Below are positions 29,306 through 39,619 of a stretch of 64,000 bases of DNA, one piece after another. The stretch's first letter is position 1. Each line of letters starts with the position of its first letter. The position numbers were made by a program, and so were the translations under genes. The DNA is taken from the NCBI GenBank assembly GCA_963812135.1, contig CAWETU010000001.1, positions 160,001 to 224,000 of the forward strand, read 5' to 3'. The notes beneath the pieces are model-generated. The model had not been told where the DNA came from, did not search any database, and saw only the letters and a program-made list of their open reading frames with translations. This DNA is from Vulcanimicrobiota bacterium. GTDB taxonomy: Bacteria; Vulcanimicrobiota; Vulcanimicrobiia; Eremiobacterales; Eremiobacteraceae.

Positions 29306-31426
29306 CTACAGCATCGAGAGTTGTTCTGGTTCCCCGGCCGCCGCCCGAGCGTCCGCCGGCACGAGCAGGCCGAACCGATTCACGAAATCGGCGACGCGGC
29401 GCAGCAGGTAGTCGCGGTCTTCGTCGTTCGCGTACTCTTCAGACAACGTCAGCTCGCCGCCGATGCGCTGATAGACGCGGACTTTGTCGCCGACGCCGAG
29501 GCCCCTCTCGGCGATCGCTCGGGCCAGCCGCTTGTTCGCCGGCGAGTTGTACGTCTTTGGCGTTATCGACTCGCGGCGGCTGAATTCTTCCACTTTCAGG
29601 TTGCCGTTCCGGATGCGCTCGGCCATATCGGCGACCAAGGGGGCGATATCGGCCGGGCGGTCCTCGAGCAGGGCCAAGGCGATGCCGGATACCAACGTCC
29701 GGCCGAACGGCTCATCGCGCGCCGAACGCAGTGCGGACCCGCGCAGGATGAGATCCCCGCGCTCGCGCTTGAGCGCGTAGTTCTTGGGCATGAGCGAGAG
29801 CATCGCCGGATAGCGCTCTTCAAGGACGAGATGCAAGCCGTCGCCGAGCGTCTCGCCGACGTCAGCCACGATGCGCGCGGGCTGCGTGCCGGGGAGCGGT
29901 TGGAAGAACGCTCCGTCGGTGTCTACTTCGATCACTCGGCCGCCGCGCTCGCGCAAGCCCGCGACCATGCGCTCCATGACCTGGCGCCCCGCTTCGGTGA
30001 CGCGCGCCGCCGCTGCCGGATCGTTGAAATGCAGACCGTTCGTTCCCAAAAACCCATAAAACGAATTGATGAGGATCTTGAACGCTTGAGAGAGCCCGTC
30101 GGCCGACATATGCGCGCGCGCGTCGCCAGCCGCGTGTGCGGACTCGGCGTCGCGCTTGGCTTGCATGCGAAGCTCGCGCAGCCCTCGCAGCATCGGTAAG
30201 AACGTGTCGAGATCATCGTCTTGCGGCTTGATGCCGCGTGCCAACATGAGCGACGGATAAAGGCTTTCGACGTCGCACTTCACGACGTCGTGGAACACAC
30301 CGACCTCGAGCGCGGCGCTGAACGCGCCCTCGATCGGCGCAGCCGTGCGCGGTCTGGGCACCGAATTGCCGCGCGCGAGATACGAGCGCACCATCAGCCG
30401 TTCGATGCGGCTGCCGATGCCGACGAAGGCGAGACCCTGGAACGATTCGGGCACCATCTGGACTTGGTAGAACTCATTCGGCGTCACCAAGCGCGAGAGC
30501 CGGTCGGTATCGCGCGCGTCGTCGAGGCAGTACATCTTGAGGCGCGCGCGCTCGGCTGGGTCCGACCACAGCGCGCGCATATTGGCGGCATCCACGAGCG
30601 TGCGTTCCTCGTCGCCGATGCCCAAATGCCGGACCACGTGCTTGAGTTTGTAGTTGGGCAGCCGGCGCGCGACATCCCAACGCATCACGCTGTAGAACGT
30701 GTCGATGATCTGGCGGCCGGGGATGCGATAGTAGCGCGCGACCATGCCGTTCGGCACGCTGCGTCGCAGGCTTTCGTCCATCCACATGAGAGCGCCGTCG
30801 CGGCCGAGCGTGAGCGGCACGCCTGCACGCCGCGCACGCTCGCCGAGGTACCACAGATCGAAGTTGAAGACGTTGTGGCCTTCGAGCACGTCGGGATCGC
30901 GCTCGGTGACGATGCGCACGAACTCCGCGATCAGCGCACCTTCATTGGGGAAATCGTCGAGCGCAAGCACGCGCTCGTAGCCGCTCGAATCGTGGATGCC
31001 GATCAGGACGATCGCGGCGTCCGGCCGCTCGGGGTAGATGTCGAGCGTCTCGAGATCGAACTGCAGCCGGCGCAGTTCGCCGAACTGTAGGCCACGGTAG
31101 AACGTCTCGCCGCTCGAGACGAGATGCGATGCGATCGGATCGAGATACGCAAGACGCTGGTCGCTTGCGAGCGAGCGCGCGAACTCCATCGCGCGGCCGT
31201 ACGGCGTGACGAGCAGGTGGCGCAGCGGATGGCGGCCTGCCAGTTCGATGCTGTCGTCCATTTGCTTGCGCGCCAGGACCCACGACCGCAGCGGCGTCAC
31301 GAGCCGTTCGACGTTCGATCCCTGGCGGCGAAACAGCGTCGCCGTGCCCGTGGAGCTGTCGGTTTCGAGGGCGACGATGCCCTGGATGCGGCCCGTGCCG
31401 CCGATCAGATCGCCTTCATCAATCAC
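29306..31426 (-). CDS. polB: Family B DNA polymerase with 3'-5' exonuclease
   Basis: ExoI FDLET, ExoII GHN..NFD, ExoIII YC..D; Pol A DVESLYPS, B KILINSFYG, C DTDG. Confidence 0.92.
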   Translation of the reverse strand: MIDEGDLIGGTGRIQGIVALETDSSTGTATLFRRQGSNVERLVTPLRSWVLARKQMDDSIELAGRHPLRHLLVTPYGRAMEFARSLASDQRLAYLDPIASHLVSSGETFYRGLQFGELRRLQFDLETLDIYPERPDAAIVLIGIHDSSGYERVLALDDFPNEGALIAEFVRIVTERDPDVLEGHNVFNFDLWYLGERARRAGVPLTLGRDGALMWMDESLRRSVPNGMVARYYRIPGRQIIDTFYSVMRWDVARRLPNYKLKHVVRHLGIGDEERTLVDAANMRALWSDPAERARLKMYCLDDARDTDRLSRLVTPNEFYQVQMVPESFQGLAFVGIGSRIERLMVRSYLARGNSVPRPRTAAPIEGAFSAALEVGVFHDVVKCDVESLYPSLMLARGIKPQDDDLDTFLPMLRGLRELRMQAKRDAESAHAAGDARAHMSADGLSQAFKILINSFYGFLGTNGLHFNDPAAAARVTEAGRQVMERMVAGLRERGGRVIEVDTDGAFFQPLPGTQPARIVADVGETLGDGLHLVLEERYPAMLSLMPKNYALKRERGDLILRGSALRSARDEPFGRTLVSGIALALLEDRPADIAPLVADMAERIRNGNLKVEEFSRRESITPKTYNSPANKRLARAIAERGLGVGDKVRVYQRIGGELTLSEEYANDEDRDYLLRRVADFVNRFGLLVPADARAAAGEPEQLSML

Positions 31427-31483
31427 TGCGTCTGCGTTCTGCGACGAGCGGTGCAGTCCCGCGCTCTCTCGGCGCGGGCCTCG

Positions 31484-32542
31484 TCAACGCGGCGTGCGCG
31501 TCGGATACGGCGTCGGCGGGCGCATCGGCGGCGAGGCGAGCGGCGCATCGCTGGAAACCGGCAACGGTACGGGCGGCAAGCTGACATCCGGTTCCGGCAC
31601 GGGCGACTCCGAGGGAAGCGGCGAGCTCGAGAAGATGTTGTCGGTCGGAGCGGGGTGCGACAGCTCGTCCGTCGGACCGCCGTGCACGATATTGTCGGGC
31701 GGCGCGGTTTCGATCAACCCGGGCACGCCCGACGGCGCCATTGGGGGCGGCGGCATGAGACCTGCGACGTAGCGCGCGAGCTTGATGGTGTACGTGGCCT
31801 TCATCATATAGGTGCCGGTGTCGCCATGGCGGCTGACCGCGTTGCCCGCGCTGTGTAGCGCATACGTCGAACCGAGCAACAGGCGCTCGCGCGTGTCGAC
31901 GAACGAAAGGCCCGTCACCGATCCGTTGCCGCGCAGCGCCGCGACACCGAACCCGGAGACGTCGACAGAGCCGTGGGTGTCGAACGTACCGGTCGCGGCT
32001 ATCTGCAGCACACCGCTATCGCCTTCCCAAACGGTCGCGGCGTTGGCGAGCCGAAGGAGGGCCGGACCGAACGGCAGCGGCAGCGGGTCACTCGTGTTCC
32101 ATTTCGCGCCGTCGTCGAGCGGCGGCGGCGATGCGCCTCCGAGCACGAGCGCGGCCGGCGCGATCAGGGCCAGCGGTCCGGCGGCGGCAATCGTTCCATC
32201 GGATCGAATGCTGGGACTAGGTTGCAGCGCGCTCGGCGTCGCATCCGCGGCCACCGCCAGTTCGACAACTCCGCCTTCGCCATAGCCCTCGACGGTGAAC
32301 GCGACGCTCTGCCGGTCGTCGCGCGACACGGTTTTGTTGACGACGCTGCCATCAGATGAGCGGAAGCGCACGGCGACGGTTTGGTGGCGCTCGATCAAAT
32401 AGACGTGCTGCTCGCCGACGCCGAAGACGCGGTTGGCGAGAAATGCGTTCGGAACGGAGCCGGGCGCGGGCGGATCGCCAAGCGCAGCCACCGTCATCGC
32501 TGTGGCCGCTGCGAGAGCGCCAAGGCTTGGTACGAGTCTCAC
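31484..32542 (-). CDS. Secreted hypothetical protein with Pro-rich tail
   Basis: Signal peptide; beta-rich core; C-terminal Pro-rich region. Confidence 0.75.
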   Translation of the reverse strand: MRLVPSLGALAAATAMTVAALGDPPAPGSVPNAFLANRVFGVGEQHVYLIERHQTVAVRFRSSDGSVVNKTVSRDDRQSVAFTVEGYGEGGVVELAVAADATPSALQPSPSIRSDGTIAAAGPLALIAPAALVLGGASPPPLDDGAKWNTSDPLPLPFGPALLRLANAATVWEGDSGVLQIAATGTFDTHGSVDVSGFGVAALRGNGSVTGLSFVDTRERLLLGSTYALHSAGNAVSRHGDTGTYMMKATYTIKLARYVAGLMPPPPMAPSGVPGLIETAPPDNIVHGGPTDELSHPAPTDNIFSSSPLPSESPVPEPDVSLPPVPLPVSSDAPLASPPMRPPTPYPTRTPR

Positions 32543-32546
32543 GTCG

Positions 32547-33437
32547 TTATTGGGTGCGCGGTGTCACCGTCGGGAGCGGCACGGGTGAGAGCTCTGTCGG
32601 GACCACCGTCGGCTCCGGCGACGGCAGCGCCGTCTGTTCCGGCGCCGGCGCGGCCGGCGATGCTGCGGCTTGCGGCGTCGTCGAGCGCGCGAACGAGCGC
32701 AAGACGATCGTCACGAGTGTCGAGGAATCCACGCTGCCGCCGGACGTCGCGTCCGATACGCTCGAATCGCTGCGCATCGCTTGTCCGACGAACAGGCCGT
32801 CGCGCTGATCGTAGTAGTAGGTGCCCGACAGGGCGACGCTGGCCTGGACCGGGTCAGCGACAGCGGCGTAATCGCCGCCGCCGACGGTTTGCACGATCAG
32901 CGTCGGCAGACCTTGGAAGGTCTGCTCGCCGCGCAGCGTGCGATTGAACGCGAGGATCATGGGATAGGCCGCGGCGGAGAGACGCCATTGCCAATTCGGT
33001 TGCGCGTGCACGTCGCGCGACGAGATGTCGCGGATGCTCTGATCCGCGAGCGCGATGGTCTGGTCGAGCAGCGGATCGATCGACGACGACGGATGGATCT
33101 CGCCGTTGGGCGCGACCTTGACGGTGAGCGACTTGTGCAAGTTGACCGGTTGCCCGCGCGTGAAGCCGACCAGATCGACCGTGAGATTGCCGTTCGCCGT
33201 GCCGCCTTGGTCGACGCCGACGATCTGCAAAGTCGCCGTGCCGGCGCCGGCGCTCGAATCGCTGCGGTTGCGCGCAGGTGCCGGGCCGCGCTGCGTGGCG
33301 CTGCTCTCGTTCATCTGCACGGTGATATCGTATGTCAGCGTATCGCCTGCCCGCAGGTGCGGCGCATCGGCCAAGCCGGGAGCGCCGATGAGAGCGACGA
33401 TGCAGCACAGCGCGAACGCTGCAGCACGATGGTTCAC
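32547..33437 (-). CDS. Secreted hypothetical protein with Pro-rich tail
   Basis: SD GGAGG; signal peptide (GLA-D); beta-rich core; Pro/Thr tail. Confidence 0.75.
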   Translation of the reverse strand: MNHRAAAFALCCIVALIGAPGLADAPHLRAGDTLTYDITVQMNESSATQRGPAPARNRSDSSAGAGTATLQIVGVDQGGTANGNLTVDLVGFTRGQPVNLHKSLTVKVAPNGEIHPSSSIDPLLDQTIALADQSIRDISSRDVHAQPNWQWRLSAAAYPMILAFNRTLRGEQTFQGLPTLIVQTVGGGDYAAVADPVQASVALSGTYYYDQRDGLFVGQAMRSDSSVSDATSGGSVDSSTLVTIVLRSFARSTTPQAAASPAAPAPEQTALPSPEPTVVPTELSPVPLPTVTPRTQ

Positions 33438-33627
33438 GCCAATCCTCCGGACCGCTGGGCCGCCTCCTTTGAGGGGGCTCCGAGCGGGGCTAGCGCAACG
33501 TTGGCGCTTCGTCTTTCTTAACCATCGGCTTGGAAGGAAAATTCATGAAGAGAACGCATTTTGCCGCGCTATTGCTCGCGGTGACGGCTCTCACTGTCGA
33601 CTTGCCGAAGGCCGATATCATCAGGAG

Positions 33628-34227
33628 ATGGGTCTGTTGACGCGTTTTGGTCCCCTAGCCCTCGCCGCCCTTGCGCTGGTGATGCCCGCGCGAGCGCTGG
33701 CTGACGACGGCTATGACACGAGTTTCGCGCAGGCGGTGCGCGCGGCGACGCAGACGTACCGGCTCGCCATCTGGGCGCGCAGCGCTGACTACGTGCAGAC
33801 GACTGACTACGTCGATGGCGTCGGGTTGATGTACACCAATCACGCGCGCTTCGATCCGCCCGATCTCGCCCACCCGACGATGCTCGTCTACGATGAGAGC
33901 GGCCGGCTGGTCGCCTGCGGCTACCAGTTCGCGAAAACCACGACAGTGCCGGCGGCATTTGCGAGCGTTCCCGCAAACGCGTGGTACGACATCCAGCGCC
34001 ACGTGCATTACAACGCGGTGCAGGCGGGGCAGACGCATTTCGGTCAGGCTCCGTGGGAAAGCGACGAGCAACCCACCGCAGAGGCGCTGCGCGCGAAGGG
34101 TCTTCTACCCGCCGACGCCACGCTGGAGTTCGCGTTCGTGCACCCGGCGGTCAGAGCGTTCTTGGTGTGGGCCTGGCTGCCGAACGTCGACGGACTTTTC
34201 GCGGGAGAGAACGCGCAACTGCCGTAG
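33628..34227 (+). CDS. Secreted hypothetical protein
   Basis: Signal peptide (ALA-DD); G..YTN...P..LVY...LVA..Y...HVH pattern. Start approximate. Confidence 0.7.
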   Translation: MGLLTRFGPLALAALALVMPARALADDGYDTSFAQAVRAATQTYRLAIWARSADYVQTTDYVDGVGLMYTNHARFDPPDLAHPTMLVYDESGRLVACGYQFAKTTTVPAAFASVPANAWYDIQRHVHYNAVQAGQTHFGQAPWESDEQPTAEALRAKGLLPADATLEFAFVHPAVRAFLVWAWLPNVDGLFAGENAQLP

Positions 34228-35343
34228 TCAGACGACTTTTTCGAGTCGCGGGTTTGGCCGGTACGGCCGCCCGACTTTGTGGCACTCCACCATCTCGCCC
34301 TTCTTCTCGGCGAGTGCGATGTCCGCAGTGAAGTCGTAGATGCCGCGCAGCAGCGCGGACCCGACCGCGTAGGCGTCGACCGGGATCTTGCGGTCTTCGA
34401 ACTGCTTGATCTTCGCGACGTCGAATCCGCCCGACACGATGATCCGCACCCAATCGAACCCAGCAGCGTCGAGCCCGCGGCGCACGTTGAGCACCAGCTC
34501 GGGGTTGACGCCGGTCGGTTTGAACGTGCCCATCGAATGCCAGAGGCTTTTGTCGACCAGCGTTTCGGATGTGTCGAGCCGCACGCCCCAGAGCCGGCGG
34601 CCCAGCCGAGCGGCGACGGCGATCGCCGTGTTGACGCAGTCGTTGTCGAAATCGACGAGCGAGATGACGTTGATCGACGGATCTATGTGCTCCGCGAACT
34701 TCTCGGTGGCGAGCACCGTGTCGCCGCCGTATGCGGCGATGAGCCCGTGCGGCACCGTGCCGACGCCTTTGCTGCCCCACCATTCGGCCTGCGCGTCGGT
34801 GCTGACGCCGAGCGCGCCGCTGACGTACGCGGCGTAGCCGTCGCCGGTCTGCACGAGGTGGTGGTCGAAGCGCGCCGGGAAGAACAACACGTTCTTGCCG
34901 TTGGCCGCTGCCACGACGGCGCTCGTGTTGGTCGCCACTTTCGTGCGCCGCGCCAGCACGCCGAGATAGTCGGTCTCGAGATGCGCGAACAGCGAGTAGT
35001 CGCCTTCGATCGTCAGGACGACATCATACGGTGCGATCTTGTCGCCGTCATAGAGCGCGCGGACGTCGAGCTTGGGCCAACCGTCCTCCCACGATCCGTC
35101 GGGCCGCCGCCGGCCGCTGCACAGCTTGAGGATCGCGATCGCCTCGTCGATGCCGCACAGCACAGCGTTCTTCTTCTGAAAGACCTGCATGAGGACGCGC
35201 GGATGGTGGTTGTCGGACTGCAGAATCTGCACGACGCGGTTGAAGTACGTGTCGGAATAATAGCCGTCGCGCATCTTCTCGACGGGCAGGTTGAGGATCG
35301 CAGGATCGAGCCGTTTTCCCTTGGCCGGCGCTTGGGTCGCCAT
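34228..35343 (-). CDS. Nicotinate/quinolinate phosphoribosyltransferase family protein
   Basis: YSD.YF, F.ARFDH, GTVPH, LVDFDN, GVRLDTS, SGGF: type II PRTase of NAD salvage. Confidence 0.88.
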   Translation of the reverse strand: MATQAPAKGKRLDPAILNLPVEKMRDGYYSDTYFNRVVQILQSDNHHPRVLMQVFQKKNAVLCGIDEAIAILKLCSGRRRPDGSWEDGWPKLDVRALYDGDKIAPYDVVLTIEGDYSLFAHLETDYLGVLARRTKVATNTSAVVAAANGKNVLFFPARFDHHLVQTGDGYAAYVSGALGVSTDAQAEWWGSKGVGTVPHGLIAAYGGDTVLATEKFAEHIDPSINVISLVDFDNDCVNTAIAVAARLGRRLWGVRLDTSETLVDKSLWHSMGTFKPTGVNPELVLNVRRGLDAAGFDWVRIIVSGGFDVAKIKQFEDRKIPVDAYAVGSALLRGIYDFTADIALAEKKGEMVECHKVGRPYRPNPRLEKVV

Positions 35344-35411
35344 GAGGCCGCAAGCGTTCGGGCGGGGCGCCGCATTGGCCTTCGAGAATGCGCCTCACCG
35401 GAGGTTCGCGC

Positions 35412-37140
35412 GTGACCAATGACGACATCGCCGCTCGACTGAACGAGATCGCCGCGCTCATGGAGTTCGACGGCGAGCCGTTCTTCAAGACCAAGGCGTA
35501 CGAACGCGCGGCGCGCAGTCTCGAGGACAGCGAAATTCCGGCTCGCGCGCTGATCGAGGCCGACACTTTGACCGAACTTCCCGGCGTCGGAAAAGCGATC
35601 GCGCAGAAGATCGTCGACATCGAAGCCACGGGCACGTGCAAATACCTCGAGGAGCTGCGCGCGAAGTTTCCGCCGACCATTCTCGAGCTGTTGCGCGTGC
35701 CCGGCGTCGGCACGAAGACGGCGATTACGATGTTCCAGACGCTCGGCATCGCCGGGATCGACGATCTGCGACGTTCGATCGAGGACGGCTCGATCGCGAC
35801 GTTGCCGCGCCTCGGCGCGAAGGGAGTCGAGAATCTCAAGACGGCGCTCTCGCGCATGGCGCAGCGCACGCACCGCATGCGGCTCGGCGATGCCTGGGAG
35901 CTCGCGCAGGAGATCACTGCCGCGCTAGAAGCCGCGAGCATCGCCAAGAACGTCGTCGCGGCCGGCAGCCTGCGGCGCATGGAGCCGACCGTCGGCGATC
36001 TCGATTTCATCTGCACGAGCTCGACGCCGGAAAAGGCGCTCGACTTCTTCTGCGCCATGGGTGATGTCGAGCGGGTCACCGCCAAGGGCGACACCAAGGC
36101 GACGGTCTGGCTGCGCAAAGGCATCTCGGCGGACCTGCGCGTGGTGCCGCATCGCTGTTTCGGCAATCTGCTGCAGCACTTCACCGGCAACAAAGACCAC
36201 AACGTCAAGCTGCGCGAGTACGCGATCCGCAAGGGCCTCAAGGTGAGCGAGTGGGGAATCGAAACGGTCGAGACCGGACGCGTCCGCACGTCGGCGACCG
36301 AAGAAGGCGTCTACGAGATGCTCGGCTTGCCGTTCATCCCGCCGGAGATCCGTCTCGGGCTCAACGAGATCGACCTCGCGCGCAAAGGCCAGCTGCCCGA
36401 GCTCGTGAGCCTGTCCGATATCCGCGGCGATCTGCACGACCATACGACGTGGAGCGACGGCACCCGCAGCATCGAGCAGATGGCGCGCGAAGCCGCAAAG
36501 CGAGGGTTCGCATACCTCTCCATCTCAGATCACTCGAGCGGGCGCTCGGTCGGCAACGGATTGTCCGTCGAGCGGCTGCGCCAACAGATCGCCGAGGTGC
36601 GCAAAGCGGCGACATCGTACGGCATCCGGCTCTTGTGCTCGACCGAGGTCGACATCCGCGCCGACGGCACGCTCGATTTCCCGGATGAGGTGCTCGCGGA
36701 GCTCGACATCGTCGTAGCCTCGATCCACTCCGGCTTCTCCGGCGATAAAGAAAAACAGACCCATCGATTGCTGCGCGCCATCGAGAATCCGTACGTGAAC
36801 ATCATCGGACATCCGACCGGTGCGCTGATCGAGCAACGCGAGGGTTACGATTTTGATGCCGATGCCGTGTTTCGCAGCGCAGCAAAAACCGGCACTGCAC
36901 TCGAGATCAACGCGAACCCAGCACGGCTCGATCTGAGTGCCGCCATGGCGCGGCGCGCCAAAGAGCTCGGCTGCACGATCTCGATCGACAACGACGCGCA
37001 CAGCTTCGAAGATTTCGACAACCTACGGTTTGGGGTCGGCACCGCTCGCAAGGCAGGCCTCACCGAAGAGCGACGTGCTGAACACCCGTGACGTGGAGGG
37101 CGTCCTCGCCTTCGTCGCCGCGAAACGAAAGGCTACCTAG
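35412..37140 (+). CDS. polX: DNA polymerase/3'-5' exonuclease PolX, frameshifted near the 3' end
   Basis: HhH GVGK, GSLRR..GDLD, FTG.K.HN, PHP DLH.HT.WSDG; the terminal DVLNT... segment lies in another frame after about 37071. Confidence 0.92.
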
Positions 37141-37936
37141 ACAAGAGACGCGCGAGCAGCTCGGGCGGCGCCTCGAAGTTCGGATTGACATACGGTCCTT
37201 GGAACCAGCCGTGCCAATCGCTGCCGCACGAGTAGAGCTTGCCGCGACGCAACGCGAGTTCGCGCAATTGCGAGCGCCGATCGTCGCCGTACCTAAGGTA
37301 CATGGCTTCAAGTCCGTCGAGTTCGTCGAGCCAGCGCGAGGCGACGCCGGCGTCGACGAGCTCGGCCGGATGCGCGAGGAACGCGACACCGCCCGCAGCC
37401 CGAACGATCGCACCGGCTTGCCCGGGCGTCGGCAGATCGCCATATGCCTCTGGCGGCAGCGCCGCGAAGAACTCGCGGAACGCCGCGTGGCAGCGCTGCG
37501 GATCGCCGTCCGTGAAACCGCGCAGGCACAGTCGCTCGATCAGCACCGGCAGGCGGACGGGCGCATCCGGGAAGTCCCGGTCCCAACGGATCGGCGCTCC
37601 TTGAGATTCGAGCGCCTCGATCCAACGCCGCTGATTTTCGCCGAACACGCGCGAGGCGACGCCGTTCGCGAACGCGAGTTCTTTGTCATCAGTGGCCACG
37701 CCGATCCCAAGGACGTGCACCACGCGGCCGCCGCCGAACGTCGTCATCTCGACGCCGCCGACGAAGCGGATGCCGCGCTCGCTTGCCCGCTGCGCCGCAG
37801 CGGCGTGGCCGGCCGTCGTGTCGTGGTCGGTCAGCGCGACGAGTCCGACGCCTGCAGCCGCCACCGTGTCGATCAGCGCTTCGGTGGCCAACTCACCGTC
37901 GCTGCGATCGCTATGAAGATGCAAATCACAGAGCAT
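37133..37936 (-). CDS. PHP domain protein (TrpH/YciV-like)
   Basis: DLHLHS..SDG, LTDHDT, GVE, LAHP, GSDWHG. Confidence 0.9.
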   Translation of the reverse strand: MLCDLHLHSDRSDGELATEALIDTVAAAGVGLVALTDHDTTAGHAAAAQRASERGIRFVGGVEMTTFGGGRVVHVLGIGVATDDKELAFANGVASRVFGENQRRWIEALESQGAPIRWDRDFPDAPVRLPVLIERLCLRGFTDGDPQRCHAAFREFFAALPPEAYGDLPTPGQAGAIVRAAGGVAFLAHPAELVDAGVASRWLDELDGLEAMYLRYGDDRRSQLRELALRRGKLYSCGSDWHGWFQGPYVNPNFEAPPELLARLLSR

Positions 37937-37993
37937 GCGTGGCGGCTGCTTCGGCGCGGGTGACGCCGCCCCCGCGCGAGAAGCATCCATTTG

Positions 37994-39106
37994 ATGGCAA
38001 CCTTCGTCAAGCTACGCCTTTCGAAGGCCGCGCACACGCTTGCCGGCCGGTACTACACGTCGAATGAGGTGTTCGAGCAAGAGCGCGAGCGCATCTTCAC
38101 GCACGACTGGATCTGCGTCGGCCGCGAGGAGCACCTCGAGCAGTCCGGCAGCTACTTCATCGCGAACGTCGGCGGCGAGAGCCTGATCGTCGTGCGCGAC
38201 GCGAACGGCTCGATCCATGCGCACTACAACGTCTGCCGCCATCGCGGCACGCGCCTTTGCGAGACGGCCGGCGGCAAGTTCACCGGATCGATCGTCTGCC
38301 CGTATCACGCGTGGACGTACGGACTGGATGGACGTCTCATGGCCGCGCGCAATATGCGCGACGTGCCCGATTTCCAGGAAAGCGATTTCCCGCTGCACAG
38401 CGCCGCGATCACCAGCTGGGAAGGCTTCTTGTTCGTCAACTTAGCGGAACGGCCGCAGGCATTTGCGACCGCGCTCGCGCCGCTCGTGGGCCGTTTCGAT
38501 CGTTGGAATATCCGCGCGCTGCGCGAAGCCAAGCGCATCGACTACGAGCTGGCCTGCAACTGGAAGCTCATCTTGCAGAACTATTCGGAGTGTTATCATT
38601 GCCCGCTGGTGCATCCGCAGCTCGATAAAGTGTCGCCGTGGGATAGCGGCCGCAACGATCTCGGGAGCGGGCCGGTGCTCGGCGGTTTCATGTCGCTGCG
38701 GCAGGGCACCGACAGCATGACCTTGAGCGGCCACAGCGCGCGCCCGGCATTGCCGGGGTTAGATGCCGAGGACCGCGAGCGCGTCTACTACTATGAGATC
38801 TTCCCATCGCTGCTCTTGAGCCTGCACCCAGACTACATCATGGCGCATTATCTGACGCCGGTCGCGGTCGACCGCACCCGCGTGACGTGCACGTGGCTGT
38901 TCGACCCGGCCCAGATGGCGCAGCCCGATTTCGATGCGAGCGATGCGGTCGAGTTCTGGGATATGACGAATCGGCAGGATTGGCACGTCTGCGAACTGTC
39001 ACAGCTCGGCGTGAGCTCGCGCGCGTACACGCCGGGACCCTACGCGCATGCGGAGGGTCTGCTGCACGCGTTTGACACACACTACTTGGGCGTTATGGAG
39101 TCGTGA
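37994..39106 (+). CDS. Rieske non-heme iron oxygenase alpha subunit (choline monooxygenase/GbcA-like)
   Basis: CRHRG...CPYHAW Rieske ligands; NWK...NYSECYHC..VH; QD..VCE..Q.G. Confidence 0.92.
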   Translation: MATFVKLRLSKAAHTLAGRYYTSNEVFEQERERIFTHDWICVGREEHLEQSGSYFIANVGGESLIVVRDANGSIHAHYNVCRHRGTRLCETAGGKFTGSIVCPYHAWTYGLDGRLMAARNMRDVPDFQESDFPLHSAAITSWEGFLFVNLAERPQAFATALAPLVGRFDRWNIRALREAKRIDYELACNWKLILQNYSECYHCPLVHPQLDKVSPWDSGRNDLGSGPVLGGFMSLRQGTDSMTLSGHSARPALPGLDAEDRERVYYYEIFPSLLLSLHPDYIMAHYLTPVAVDRTRVTCTWLFDPAQMAQPDFDASDAVEFWDMTNRQDWHVCELSQLGVSSRAYTPGPYAHAEGLLHAFDTHYLGVMES

Positions 39107-39612
39107 TGCGGTTCAATTCGAAAATGCTGGTCGCTCTCGCGCTGTGCGCCGTCGTGCTCGGTGCGCAGGTTCAGACAGCACGCGCGGCGGCGGGCGGCAG
39201 TTTGTCCAGCATGGCGTTCATGCTCGGAACGTGGCTGTGCACGAGCAAGGCGCTCGACGGCAGCACGATCCACACGACGCTGGTCACCCGGCTTTCCAAC
39301 GACGGCACACGTTTGGTCACCCGCGACACGCAGGGGGCGGGCACGACCACGATGTGGTGGGATCCGGCGAAGAAGCAATGGATGCAGACCACCGCCACGA
39401 GCAAGGGCTCAGGCGTTCAGACGTCGCCCGGTTGGACGGGCAACTCGTTGGTGTTCGTCGGAACCCAAGAGGTGAACGGCGTCCCCGTCGGTTTTCGCAA
39501 CACCACGACGAAGGTGAGCGACACGCAGATGCAGGCGATGGACGAGCTTTCCCCGCCCAGCACCGGCCAGTGGGTGACGGTCGATACGACGGTGTGCGCG
39601 AAAGCGCACTAG
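39103..39612 (+). CDS. Secreted hypothetical protein (DUF1579-like beta barrel)
   Basis: Signal peptide; 'F.LGTW.C' and a terminal Cys suggesting one disulfide. Confidence 0.7.
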   Translation: MMRFNSKMLVALALCAVVLGAQVQTARAAAGGSLSSMAFMLGTWLCTSKALDGSTIHTTLVTRLSNDGTRLVTRDTQGAGTTTMWWDPAKKQWMQTTATSKGSGVQTSPGWTGNSLVFVGTQEVNGVPVGFRNTTTKVSDTQMQAMDELSPPSTGQWVTVDTTVCAKAH

Positions 39613-39619
39613 GCGAAAG

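Noticed and set aside
29306..31426. PolB as marker of a prophage, casposon or pipolin
   Set aside because: No integrase, cas1, terminal repeats or phage genes nearby; composition matches the host.
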